This document shows, piece after piece, positions 47,927 to 56,725 of a DNA stretch of 64,000 bases (positions are counted from its first letter, which is position 1; each line of letters opens with the position of its first letter). The position numbers and the translations under genes are program-made. The DNA is from Phycisphaeraceae bacterium. GTDB taxonomy: Bacteria; Planctomycetota; Phycisphaerae; Phycisphaerales; Phycisphaeraceae. A model generated the notes under the pieces. It did not search any database and was not told the origin of the DNA. It saw only the letters and a list, made by a program, of their open reading frames with translations. Where the stretch lies: contig OY771506.1 in the NCBI GenBank assembly GCA_963674705.1, positions 5,056,001 to 5,120,000 on the forward strand, read 5' to 3'.

Positions 47927-47959
47927 GGGTGTGGGGTGTGGGGTGTAGGGTGTGGGGTG
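47927..47959. repeat. Heptamer tandem repeat (GGGTGTR x4-5)
   Basis: GGGTGTG GGGTGTG GGGTGTA GGGTGTG GGGTG. Confidence 0.8.
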
Positions 47960-48014
47960 AAGACAAGAGTTGTTTATTGGGGGTTGTCAAGGGGGGCAGT
48001 GAGATGGGGGCAGA

Positions 48015-48107
48015 CTGCCAGATTGGCAGAATTTTGCAAAATGCCATAGTTCGCAATCTGTTTATTTTCAGGCATTTACGATTTTATGAACTGGCATGGG
48101 GGTTGCA
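48015..48107 (+). promoter_or_regulatory. Sigma-54 promoter of hsp20 with upstream palindromic candidate activator sites
   Basis: TGGCATGGGGGTTGCA (GG-N10-GC) at 48092-48107; CTGCCA-GAT-TGGCAG at 48015-48029; ATTTTGCAAAAT at 48031-48042. Confidence 0.7.
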
Positions 48108-48200
48108 AGAGTATAGAGCGTCGGAAGGCCGCGACGCATCAGTAGGAACTTAACGGCGGCAATGGCAAGAACGACAAACAAACCTGAAAGGAGGTTCGAA

Positions 48201-48626
48201 ATGCTACCGACACTCAGGCGAATGTACCGCACACCATTGGATGAATTGACCCGCGAACTGGACCGCGTGATGAACACCGGCATGCATGCCATGAATGGCG
48301 AATTGGCCACGGCGGCGTACCCGGTCGACATCCACGAGGATGAAAACACGATCACTGTTGAAGCGGAGATGCCGGGCTTCAAGAAGGAAGACATCGACAT
48401 CACGCTCGAGCAAGGCGTCCTGAGCATCAGTGCCGAACGCAAGGTCGAAGAGACCAAGGGCGAGCAGCACCTGAACGAACGCTGCTACCGCCGGATCGCG
48501 CGCAGCTTCAAGCTGCCCGTGCCGGTCGACGAATCGAAGGTCGAAGCGTCGTTGACCGACGGCGTGCTGACGTTGAAGCTCGCCAAACCCGAAGAGGTCA
48601 AACCGCGCAAGATCAAGGTCAACTAA
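48201..48626 (+). CDS. Hsp20/alpha-crystallin small heat-shock protein
   Basis: PVDIHED, EAEMPG, RSFKLP, ASLTDGVLTL, PRKIKV; AAGGAGGT RBS. Confidence 0.94.
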   Translation: MLPTLRRMYRTPLDELTRELDRVMNTGMHAMNGELATAAYPVDIHEDENTITVEAEMPGFKKEDIDITLEQGVLSISAERKVEETKGEQHLNERCYRRIARSFKLPVPVDESKVEASLTDGVLTLKLAKPEEVKPRKIKVN

Positions 48627-48664
48627 TCATAAGTTGACTGATAACCGTATCTTTCTCCCCTCCG

Positions 48665-48701
48665 CCCTGCCGCGCTGCATTCCGAGCCCGGCAGGGTTTT
48701 T
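48665..48701 (+). terminator. Terminator after hsp20
   Basis: CCCTGCCG...CGGCAGGG stem followed by a T tract. Confidence 0.7.
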
Positions 48702-48719
48702 GTTTTTGTTTTTGTGTTG

Positions 48720-49225
48720 AACCGCGAAGGCGCTAAGAGCGCGAAGAGGAGAAGAAGATGTTAGCCGCAAATGAACGCAAATAGACGCGAATAGGAGAGG
48801 TGATAATTAGCCACGGATGAACACAGAAGAAAAAGTGATCCGCAGATTATGGGGATTACGCAGATTTTTAAAATACAAAACAATACGGAATCTTAATCCG
48901 TGAAATCTGCGTCATCTGCGGATCACTTCTTATCCGTCATACTTCTTATCCGTGTTTATCTGTGCTTAATATCCTCGCTTTTCTTCGCGCTCTTCGCGTC
49001 TTCGCGGTTGATCAGGATCGAGTACACATAATCAATCCGGCCCTCACCCCGGCCCTCTCCCGAGGGGAGAGGGGGTAAAACAGATTCTTACATCCCCCAC
49101 TTCTTTGCTTTCTTATCTGTGATTATCCGTGTTCATCGGTGGCTAATTCTTCTTAATCTTATTCGCGTCTATTTGCGTTCATTTGCGGCTAACTTCTTCT
49201 TCGCGCTCTTCGCGTCTTTGCGGTT
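48720..49225. repeat. Nested multi-family inverted-repeat cluster A-B-C-D/D'-C'-A'-E-C'-B'-A'
   Basis: B (48760-48793) and B' (49160-49193) are perfect 34-bp reverse complements; A, C and D arms are also paired; E (49032-49079) matches 29833-29880 at 46/48. Confidence 0.9.
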
Positions 49226-50066
49226 AATCCCTGTTCAGGATGTACTTTTCGATCACGTATGCGACGCCGTCTTCGTCGTTGGCGGGGGCGGTGATGTCGG
49301 CGGCTTGTTTTAAGTAGTCCCAGCCGTTGGCCATGGCGACGCCTACGCCGGCCCATTGGATCATGCCCAGGTCGTTGGGCGCGTCGCCGATCGCCATGAC
49401 GTTTTGCTGATCGATTTTGTAATGCTCGGCGACGACCTTAAGCGCGCTTGCCTTATCGACTTGTTTGTGAACGAGCTGGATGAGAAAGTCATCACAGGTG
49501 AGGATCGCGATCTGGCTGCCGAACTTCTTGCGGACCGATTCGTGGATGGGTTTGAGTTTTTCGGGCGGCGCGAGGAGCATGAGTTTGGTGACGGGGACGG
49601 TGAGGAACGCATCGAGTGGGCCGACGAAGTCGGGCTCGAAGTATCGGCTGGTCGCGGTGGGCAGGGTTTCGTCGACGTGGTCGGTGTACCACTTGTCCAG
49701 GACCTCGAGGCTGACGACGACGCCCGGGTCCATCTTGCGTGCGAACTTGACGATCTGCCTGGCGAGGTTGGCAGACAGCGGCTGATGGAAGACGTGCTTG
49801 CCGCGCGGCATGTCGTGGATGAGTGCGCCGTTGTAGTTGACCTGCAGCGTGTCGAGGGAAAGGCGGTGGTAGATCTCGCGGACGCTGCGGGGCGGGCGGG
49901 CGGAGGCGAGGACGACGTGGATACCTCGGTTGGTGGCCTCGGCGACGGCGCGGGCGTTGGTGGCGCTGAGGCGTTTGTTGTCGTGCAGCAGCGTGCCGTC
50001 CAGGTCGATGGCGACAAGGCGGATCGTAGCGGTTTTGTCGGGGTTTTCGGGCTTTTTGTCGGTCAT
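49224..50066 (-). CDS. Cof-type HAD-IIB hydrolase
   Basis: AIDLDGTLL, LASAR, NYNGALI, VDKASAL, AIGDAPNDLGM, DEDGVA. Confidence 0.92.
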   Translation of the reverse strand: MTDKKPENPDKTATIRLVAIDLDGTLLHDNKRLSATNARAVAEATNRGIHVVLASARPPRSVREIYHRLSLDTLQVNYNGALIHDMPRGKHVFHQPLSANLARQIVKFARKMDPGVVVSLEVLDKWYTDHVDETLPTATSRYFEPDFVGPLDAFLTVPVTKLMLLAPPEKLKPIHESVRKKFGSQIAILTCDDFLIQLVHKQVDKASALKVVAEHYKIDQQNVMAIGDAPNDLGMIQWAGVGVAMANGWDYLKQAADITAPANDEDGVAYVIEKYILNRD

Positions 50067-50153
50067 GGAATCCTTACACTCGCTTGTCGGCGTGGGATGC
50101 ATAGAATAGCGATAATCCCACCGAGTACCGCAACCCCCTACCACAACAAAAAA

Positions 50154-51179
50154 ATGGCTATGACACTTTCCACGCTGAACCACAAGCCGATCAACGACGC
50201 CAACCGCCTGGGCCTGGATTACCGGGCGGAGGCGGAACGTTTTGCCTATACCGGGCCGATCTTCGATATCCACACGCATATCAATACGGTCGAGGCGGCA
50301 CGTCTGTACTTCGAGGTGGCGGATTTGTTCAACGTGCGGGGGTGCTTGTCCATGACGAAGCTGGAGAACTGCGACGCGATCGACGCCGAATTCAGGGACC
50401 GGATCGAATACATCGCGGTGCCGAATTACGAGGCGCGTGATGAGCCGGGCACGTTCACGACGGACTGGCTGAAGCGGATGGAGAAGTTCCGCGAGCGAGG
50501 GTGTCGGATCATCAAGTTCTGGGCTGCGCCGCGCGGGCGCGACCTGCACGCCGATGCGTTTCACCTGGACTCCCCTACCCGACGAGAAAGTATCAAGTAT
50601 GCATACGACCTGGGTTATCGCATGTTCATGACACACGTCGGTGATCCGGATACGTGGTTTGCCACGATGTATGCCGATGCGAGCAAATATGGCAAGAAGC
50701 GTGAGCATCTAGCCCAGTTGGAAGAGTTGCTCTACGAGTATCCAGATGTGAAGTGGATCGGCGCGCATATGAGCGGGTACCCGGAAGATTTGGACTTCGT
50801 ACAAGGCATGCTCGATCGTCATCCGAATTACGTGATCGATACCAGCGCGACGAAGTGGCAGGTGCGCGAGCTGAGCAAGCAGCCGGAGCGTTTCCGCGAA
50901 TTGTGTGAGAACAATCCAGGGCGGATTGTTTTCGGCACGGACATCGTTGCGAACAATGACAACCTTGATTTTGATCTATACGCCAGCCGATTCTGGGCGC
51001 TGCGCACGCTGATCGAAACGGATTACGCCGGCAAGAGCCCGATCGTCGATCCGGACCTGCATATGGTCGATCCGAGCGTGGATGAGAAGTCGACGGCGGA
51101 CCTGCGCGGTGCATTGATCAAGGGGGACACGCTTGCGATGCTGTACAACGGTGCGGCGGAGAAGTTTTTGGGAGAGTGA
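50154..51179 (+). CDS. Amidohydrolase_2-family metallohydrolase
   Basis: DIHTH, IIKFW, THVGDP, GAHM, DTSA, RIVFGTD, YNGAAEKFL. Confidence 0.85.
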   Translation: MAMTLSTLNHKPINDANRLGLDYRAEAERFAYTGPIFDIHTHINTVEAARLYFEVADLFNVRGCLSMTKLENCDAIDAEFRDRIEYIAVPNYEARDEPGTFTTDWLKRMEKFRERGCRIIKFWAAPRGRDLHADAFHLDSPTRRESIKYAYDLGYRMFMTHVGDPDTWFATMYADASKYGKKREHLAQLEELLYEYPDVKWIGAHMSGYPEDLDFVQGMLDRHPNYVIDTSATKWQVRELSKQPERFRELCENNPGRIVFGTDIVANNDNLDFDLYASRFWALRTLIETDYAGKSPIVDPDLHMVDPSVDEKSTADLRGALIKGDTLAMLYNGAAEKFLGE

Positions 51180-51198
51180 GTGTTTGGGTGTAGCGATT

Positions 51199-51233
51199 TA
51201 ATCGCTAATCTCGAATCGTTAATCGCTAATATC
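51199..51233. repeat. Heptamer tandem repeat (TAATCGC-like x5)
   Basis: TAATCGC TAATCTC GAATCGT TAATCGC TAATATC. Confidence 0.7.
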
Positions 51234-51292
51234 TCATCAACGCCGGTCCTGAGCGCAGCGAAGGTCCGGGCGGTTTTTCTTGGTGTGGGGTG

Positions 51293-51347
51293 TGGAGACC
51301 TTCGGCCAGTTATTTCGGCGGGGTCGGGAGACCCGCGCCGAGCGCGG
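51293..51347 (+). repeat. Family H repeat, copy 1
   Basis: TGGAGACCTTCGGCCAGTTATTTCGGCGGGGTCGGGAGACCCGCGCCGAGCGCGG; 52/55 identical to 52029-52083. Confidence 0.9.
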
Positions 51348-51385
51348 ATGCAACCACACCGGGACGTCCAAGGTATAATGCTGGC

Positions 51386-51595
51386 ATGAATCCTGACCCG
51401 TTCAAGCTCGACAGGACCGCGGTGCGTTTCATGGATAAGGACCGGGAACTGCATCGCAAAGCGTACGAGCATTACAAGCACCTTACACCCGCGCAACGGA
51501 TCGCCTGCGTGGAGCAACTACGGCAGATGTGGCATGGACCAGATGCACTTAACGCCCGACTTCCGCGAGTTCTTAAGTTTATTGAACGACCATGA
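51386..51595 (+). CDS. Small helical protein, probable partner/antitoxin of the downstream nucleotidyltransferase
   Basis: 69 aa with YKHLTPAQRIACVEQLR; overlaps the next gene. Confidence 0.65.
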   Translation: MNPDPFKLDRTAVRFMDKDRELHRKAYEHYKHLTPAQRIACVEQLRQMWHGPDALNARLPRVLKFIERP

Positions 51596-51983
51596 TGTCA
51601 GATACCTGCTTGTAGGTGGGTATGCTGTGGGGTTCCATGGCTACGTGCGCTACACGAAAGATCTGGACGTGTGGATCGCTATCAGCCCAAGCAACGCCGA
51701 ACAAGCCGCGCGGGCGATCGAAGTATTCGCCGACGTAAAAGTTGATCCATCGAAGTTCTTATCGCCTAGATTACTGCTGCAAATCGGCAATCCACCAACC
51801 CGCATTGAATTACTGACCGAAGTAGATGGCGTTGAGTTTGATGAATGCTACGAGCAGCGAGAGACAATCCTGGCTGACGGTATACCCATAAACCTGATAT
51901 CGCTATCCGATCTTCGTAAAAACAAACTGGCAAGCAAACGTCCGCAGGACCTGGCCGATCTGGACAATCTGCCGGAGAACTGA
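51543..51983 (+). CDS. Minimal nucleotidyltransferase (DUF6036-like)
   Basis: YLLVGGYAV..HG..RYTKDLD, KLASKRPQDLADL. Confidence 0.85.
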   Translation: MHLTPDFREFLSLLNDHDVRYLLVGGYAVGFHGYVRYTKDLDVWIAISPSNAEQAARAIEVFADVKVDPSKFLSPRLLLQIGNPPTRIELLTEVDGVEFDECYEQRETILADGIPINLISLSDLRKNKLASKRPQDLADLDNLPEN

Positions 51984-52028
51984 CTGCTCAAAAAGTGTGG
52001 GTTCGGGACAAGGGCAGGCTGTTGAGGT

Positions 52029-52083
52029 TGGAGACCTTCGGTCAGTTATTTCGGCGGGGTCGGGAGAGGCGCGCCGAGCGCGG
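52029..52083 (+). repeat. Family H repeat, copy 2
   Basis: Direct repeat of 51293-51347. Confidence 0.9.
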
Positions 52084-52129
52084 GGTTTGTCACAAAGCGT
52101 TTTTGGTAGTCGATATATGCAGATTTTCA

Positions 52130-52158
52130 TTGACTTTCGCCGATCAGGATAGTATGGT
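52130..52158 (+). promoter_or_regulatory. Candidate sigma-70 promoter
   Basis: TTGACT-17 nt-TATGGT about 270 nt upstream of the 52431 ORF. Confidence 0.45.
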
Positions 52159-52430
52159 GCGAAGACTAAACCAGCGACCCCCTCGCTGAGTACTTAGGGG
52201 AACAGACAATTAAAGGTTTTACCGCAAGCCACATTTGTTCTCGACGAATGCAGGAGACATTGATGGTGCGCCGATGGTTACGTGCATGCCGAACGACCAC
52301 CGATATGGTGGCCGGTTGTTTGTGCGCTGTTGCCGGTACTTGTATTGAATGAATAGCGTGTTGTTTCTGGGTTTTGTTTTTAGGGGATAGTTACCGGTAA
52401 ACGCGACAACGTTGCCGGCAATACAAAGAG

Positions 52431-54932
52431 ATGCGGGGTGTACACATGATCAGGTGGAATTCAAACAGCCAAAGTGATACGGATTCAACAGGCTCGAAGA
52501 TGAGAGCTATACATGATGGTCCGCACATGATCGAACCGCTCGAACCGAGGTTTTTGCTGTCGGGTTCGATCGGTGCACAGTTTGTGGAGGTCACGACGCC
52601 CGCTGAAATGGACGGGTACCGCACGTTTGATCTGCAGGTGACCTGCACGGAAGACTGGTCGTTTGCGTCGCTGCTGATCGAGATGGATGAGGGCTCGATC
52701 TACCAGGACGCGGCCGGGACGGACCTTAAGCCGAACGCGACGCTGTTCGGTGCGTACCCGACTTTGGAATATGACACGTACATCACCGCCAACGGCCACT
52801 CGCTTTCGGTGCTGGGCGGCGCGCGTGAGATCGGCGGAAGTGAATTGCAGTTCGACACCGACGAGATCGACATCACCTGGTTTGATCTATCCCAAAATGA
52901 CACGGGCACGTTCGTTGTTGCGCGCGTGACGGTGACGGATGACGCGTCGGGTTTCCTGGCGATGGAAGCGCTTGGCAGCGGCAATGACTTCAACGTCTGG
53001 TCAACTTTCAGTAACGGCGACCTGACAAGCCTGACGCCGGCGGATGCGCGCGATCCCACGCCGATGCCCCCCGCCCCCGAGCCGACCGTGCCGGTGGACA
53101 ATACGGTTCGTGTTGTGGAAGTGGACAATTCATCTGCGCTAACGGGGTACAAGACATACGACATCGTCGTTTCGACCGAAGGCGACTGGAGTATCGCCGG
53201 CCTGTTGATTGAATTGAACAAAGGCTCGATCTACCAGGACCCGGCGGGCTCGGACCTCGCACCATACAGCGCGTTGTTTACCGCTTACCCGACACTGGAA
53301 TTTGACTCATACGTTACAACGAACGGGAATTCGACTTCGATCGCTGGGCATGCCGGAGAACTGGGAGGTTCACAACTTCAATTCGATGAATCCCGGATTG
53401 ATATCGTGTGGTTTGACATTCAAAAAGATGATGTGGGCGTATTCTCGATCGCCCGGATAACACTTTCAGATAACGCAGCCGGTCACTTCAGCCTACTTAC
53501 GCACTATGGGTCTTACAAACACCAGGAGTCCTACAACTTTATCAATGGCAAGCTTCATGAATCTCCGCTGCCGGAGCCCGCACCGCCCGCGCCGCCCGCG
53601 CCGATGGTCGCATCATTTGTCGAGGTCGATAACAGCACGAGCCTTTCCGGATACAAGACCTATGACCTGGTCGTCAACAGCGAGACGGACTGGACCGATG
53701 CGTCTCTTCAGCTTGATCTGACGCAGGGTGAGATCTATCAGGACGCAGCGGGCACGGTGCTTGCCCCGAACCCCACGACATTCCAGAGTTTTGCGTCGCT
53801 GCGCTTTGACACCTTTGTCACCGCCAACTTGAGGACGACCTCGATCGCGGGCGATGGTGATTCGGACAGCAGCGAGGAAGAGCGGTTTGACAGCAACGCA
53901 CTGAATATCACGTGGTCGGGGCCGGCTGAAAATGACACGGGCACGCTGGTGCTCGGGCGGATCACGCTTTCCGATGATGCGGTCGGCAGACTGAACCTGC
54001 GCATCAACAGTGAGGATAACGAATTCACGGATGCCGGTTACTTCTCGTTCGGCAACCTCGATGCGATGACGTCGACCTACACACCGGTCACGGCGTCGGC
54101 GGCCGACTTCACCGAAGACGGGAAAGGCGACATCCTCTGGCTGAATATGGTCAACGGCAAGCTGAGCCTCTGGCAGATGAACCGAACCGTGATGATGAGT
54201 AACACCGCCATCGCGTGTGATCTGAGTGATGATTGGTACGCGGTTGCGACCGGCGACCTGAACGGCGACGGGGCGGCCGACATCCTGTGGCGCAACCATG
54301 AAGACGGACGCAACATCGTCACCGAAGTGGACGGCGGTGAAGTCACTTCGAGCACTGAATTGCTGACGCTCAGGAACCAGAACTGGCAGGTCGGCGGCAT
54401 CGCGGACTTCACCGGTGACGGCAAGGCCGACATCCTGTGGCGCAACAGGCGCAACGGCAGGAACGTCGTCTGGGAAATGAACGATACCGAGTTTGTCGGC
54501 ACAACTGCTGTCAACCGGCTGAAGAACCGCGGATGGGTGATCGCGGGCACGACAGACTTCACCGGCGACGGCCAAGCGGACATCCTGTGGCGGCATGTCA
54601 GGAACGGCCGCAATGTGATTTGGGAAATGGACGGCACAACCCTGACAGAATCGTCCGTGATTAAACGGGCGAATAATCGGAATGTGCAAATCGCAGCCGT
54701 AGGCGACTTCACCGGCGACGGGAAAGCCGACATCCTGTGGCATAATCTGAAAACCGGTGACAACATCGTCTGGCAGATGGATGACACCGCGTATCACAAC
54801 GCCATTACTATCCAAGGCCAGAACAATCAGGATTGGCAACCCGCCGGGGCGATGCTCGGGCTGTGGGAAAACGCCAACTCGGGGACCGATGTCAATACAA
54901 AGGTTGGTCACAACGTGACGAGGCTGCGGTAG
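52431..54932 (+). CDS. Surface protein: LEPRFLLS motif, three tandem beta-rich repeat domains with Pro-rich linkers, five FG-GAP/VCBS repeats
   Basis: 3 x VEV...GYxT(F/Y)D...DW...GxIYQDxAG...(A/G)R(I/V)T; 5 x D(F/L)xxDGxxDILW. Confidence 0.85.
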   Translation: MRGVHMIRWNSNSQSDTDSTGSKMRAIHDGPHMIEPLEPRFLLSGSIGAQFVEVTTPAEMDGYRTFDLQVTCTEDWSFASLLIEMDEGSIYQDAAGTDLKPNATLFGAYPTLEYDTYITANGHSLSVLGGAREIGGSELQFDTDEIDITWFDLSQNDTGTFVVARVTVTDDASGFLAMEALGSGNDFNVWSTFSNGDLTSLTPADARDPTPMPPAPEPTVPVDNTVRVVEVDNSSALTGYKTYDIVVSTEGDWSIAGLLIELNKGSIYQDPAGSDLAPYSALFTAYPTLEFDSYVTTNGNSTSIAGHAGELGGSQLQFDESRIDIVWFDIQKDDVGVFSIARITLSDNAAGHFSLLTHYGSYKHQESYNFINGKLHESPLPEPAPPAPPAPMVASFVEVDNSTSLSGYKTYDLVVNSETDWTDASLQLDLTQGEIYQDAAGTVLAPNPTTFQSFASLRFDTFVTANLRTTSIAGDGDSDSSEEERFDSNALNITWSGPAENDTGTLVLGRITLSDDAVGRLNLRINSEDNEFTDAGYFSFGNLDAMTSTYTPVTASAADFTEDGKGDILWLNMVNGKLSLWQMNRTVMMSNTAIACDLSDDWYAVATGDLNGDGAADILWRNHEDGRNIVTEVDGGEVTSSTELLTLRNQNWQVGGIADFTGDGKADILWRNRRNGRNVVWEMNDTEFVGTTAVNRLKNRGWVIAGTTDFTGDGQADILWRHVRNGRNVIWEMDGTTLTESSVIKRANNRNVQIAAVGDFTGDGKADILWHNLKTGDNIVWQMDDTAYHNAITIQGQNNQDWQPAGAMLGLWENANSGTDVNTKVGHNVTRLR

Positions 54933-54952
54933 AGACAGAAGATAAAAGAAAA

Positions 54953-54990
54953 CACCCACCACAAAATGCTGTGGGGGGTGTTTGTTTATT
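54953..54990 (+). terminator. Probable terminator
   Basis: CACCCACCACA...TGTGGGGGGTG followed by TTTGTTTATT. Confidence 0.55.
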
Positions 54991-55012
54991 TAAAAATTGT
55001 TTATCGCATCGA

Positions 55013-55040
55013 TGTCATCCCCGCGTGCGCGGGAATGACA
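55013..55040. repeat. Single palindrome (family J)
   Basis: TGTCATCCCCGCG-TG-CGCGGGAATGACA between convergent genes. Confidence 0.7.
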
Positions 55041-55059
55041 GACAAACACGATTGAATGC

Positions 55060-55575
55060 TTAGAGAAGCGACTTCGCTTTTTCAAGCACCGCGTCGTAAT
55101 TCGGTTCTTGAGCGACTTCCGGCACCAGTTCGATGTACTGGATGATGTCGTCCTTATCGACAACCATGACCTGGCGGGCGAGCAGGCCGATCTCCTTGAT
55201 GCGTACGCCGTAGGCTTTGCCGAAGCTGTGGTCGAGGTAGTCGGAGAGGCAGACGACGTTGTCGACGCCGGCGGCGCCGCACCAGCGTTTCTGAGCCATG
55301 GGTAAATCGACACTGACGGTCAGGACGACGGCGTCGTCACCGAGCTTCTGGGCTTCTTCGTTGAACTTGCGAGTTTCGGTATCGCAGACGGGCGTATCCA
55401 GCGAGGGGACGACCGAGATGATCTTGACCTTACCGGTGAAGTCGGCCAATGTTGTGTCGGACATATCGACGGCCTTGAGCTTGAAGTCCGGGGCGTCGTC
55501 GCCGACCTTCAGTTCATCACCGATGAGGGTCAGGGGGTTGCCTTTGAGGGTGATCGCGGCTGCGCGCTCGGTCAT
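55060..55575 (-). CDS. tpx: Thiol peroxidase (atypical 2-Cys peroxiredoxin)
   Basis: VPSLDTPVC, SVDLPMAQKRWC, EPNYD; GAAAGGA RBS before ATG 55575. Confidence 0.94.
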   Translation of the reverse strand: MTERAAAITLKGNPLTLIGDELKVGDDAPDFKLKAVDMSDTTLADFTGKVKIISVVPSLDTPVCDTETRKFNEEAQKLGDDAVVLTVSVDLPMAQKRWCGAAGVDNVVCLSDYLDHSFGKAYGVRIKEIGLLARQVMVVDKDDIIQYIELVPEVAQEPNYDAVLEKAKSLL

Positions 55576-55690
55576 GTCTGTCATCCTTTCGTATCCCGAT
55601 CGGGGATTGGTTGTTTGAATAAGGGGTGTGCATCGGTCGCCCCGGTACGTTGGGGCATTGTAGACAGGTGATCGTCTCGGGCAACTGTGG

Positions 55691-56569
55691 CTACTTCGTT
55701 TCAAAGACGTCGGCATCTTTTAGGAACTGCTGGATATCCTGCCAGTAGGTCGCGGAGGGCGGGACGGTGTTGTGATCGGATTCATAATAAAGCAGTTTGC
55801 TCTTGGGATTGGTTGCCACATCAGCGAGACGTTGAGCGTGGCTGGGCGAGATGACGTTGTCCGCTTTGCCGTGCATGACAAACACGGGGTTCTGATATTG
55901 CTTGACGACGGATTCGGTATCGAACGGATCAAGCACAAAAAACGGCGGGACCAAAAATCTCCCAGCCATGCGTTTGATACTCGCCGGGCTGGATTGCAGG
56001 ATCAATACAGCAGACGGCCGATCTTTTGCTAGTTGAGAGATGACGCCGCCACCGAGCGATCTGCCGTGCAGGATGATGCGGTCGGGGTCGACCTCGGGGC
56101 GCTGGATGAGCTGGTCGTAGAAGTATCGGTAGTCGTCGGCGATATCTTTCTGGCTGGGTTTACCGGCCGACCTGCCGTAGCCCCGGAATTCCGGCAGCAG
56201 GATGCTGAAACCCATGTATCGGTAAGGTTCGAGCATATCGGGCCAATGGTCGATCAGTTCGCCGTTGCCGTGGGCGAAGATGACAAGCCCGCCGGGGTTT
56301 TGAGCGCTGACATTATCGCCGGGGATGAACCACGCCTCGACGTTGCCGCCATCGATCGGCCGAGTGAGTAACTCAGCGTCAGCGGGCCGATCGGTCTGCC
56401 CCCCTGCCATGGATCGTGGGAACAAAATCGCACGTTGAATGGCACAACCGATCAACAGCCAGCAGCAGTAGATGATCAGCAGGTAGATCATGAGACGTTT
56501 GATCAGGCGCAGCGGTCGACGCCTGGGCCTGTCGGGGATTTGTGCGTGTTCAGCCGTGTCGTCAGCCAT
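55691..56569 (-). CDS. Alpha/beta hydrolase with an N-terminal membrane anchor
   Basis: FAHGNGE, FRGYGRS, GRSLGG, HGKAD, DHN. Confidence 0.88.
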   Translation of the reverse strand: MADDTAEHAQIPDRPRRRPLRLIKRLMIYLLIIYCCWLLIGCAIQRAILFPRSMAGGQTDRPADAELLTRPIDGGNVEAWFIPGDNVSAQNPGGLVIFAHGNGELIDHWPDMLEPYRYMGFSILLPEFRGYGRSAGKPSQKDIADDYRYFYDQLIQRPEVDPDRIILHGRSLGGGVISQLAKDRPSAVLILQSSPASIKRMAGRFLVPPFFVLDPFDTESVVKQYQNPVFVMHGKADNVISPSHAQRLADVATNPKSKLLYYESDHNTVPPSATYWQDIQQFLKDADVFETK

Positions 56570-56725
56570 CTTATCAACATAATAGCTTGTCTGATTACGG
56601 ATCAATAGCCCCTATCTTGTCTGAATAGGATTTGGTGCCTAATATGCCCTCCACACATGGGCGACCATTTCCGGGGTGACGGCTTTCAAGGCCGAATCAG
56701 GCCAATAACGAGGAGATTTTGCATC

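Noticed and set aside
48720..49225. Possible CRISPR array
   Set aside because: Repeats are inverted, belong to different families, lack regular spacers, and no cas genes are present.
49356..50708. Apparent long bidirectional overlap of 607-aa and 494-aa ORFs
   Set aside because: Each extension is the antisense shadow of the other gene; the real starts are about 50066 (-) and 50154 (+).
52160..52430. Riboswitch (e.g. c-di-GMP) in the long leader of the surface-protein gene
   Set aside because: Hairpins exist but no recognisable aptamer consensus; an Rfam scan would be needed.
53613..54962. 449-aa minus-strand ORF with repeats
   Set aside because: Antisense shadow of the FG-GAP/VCBS repeats in high-GC DNA.
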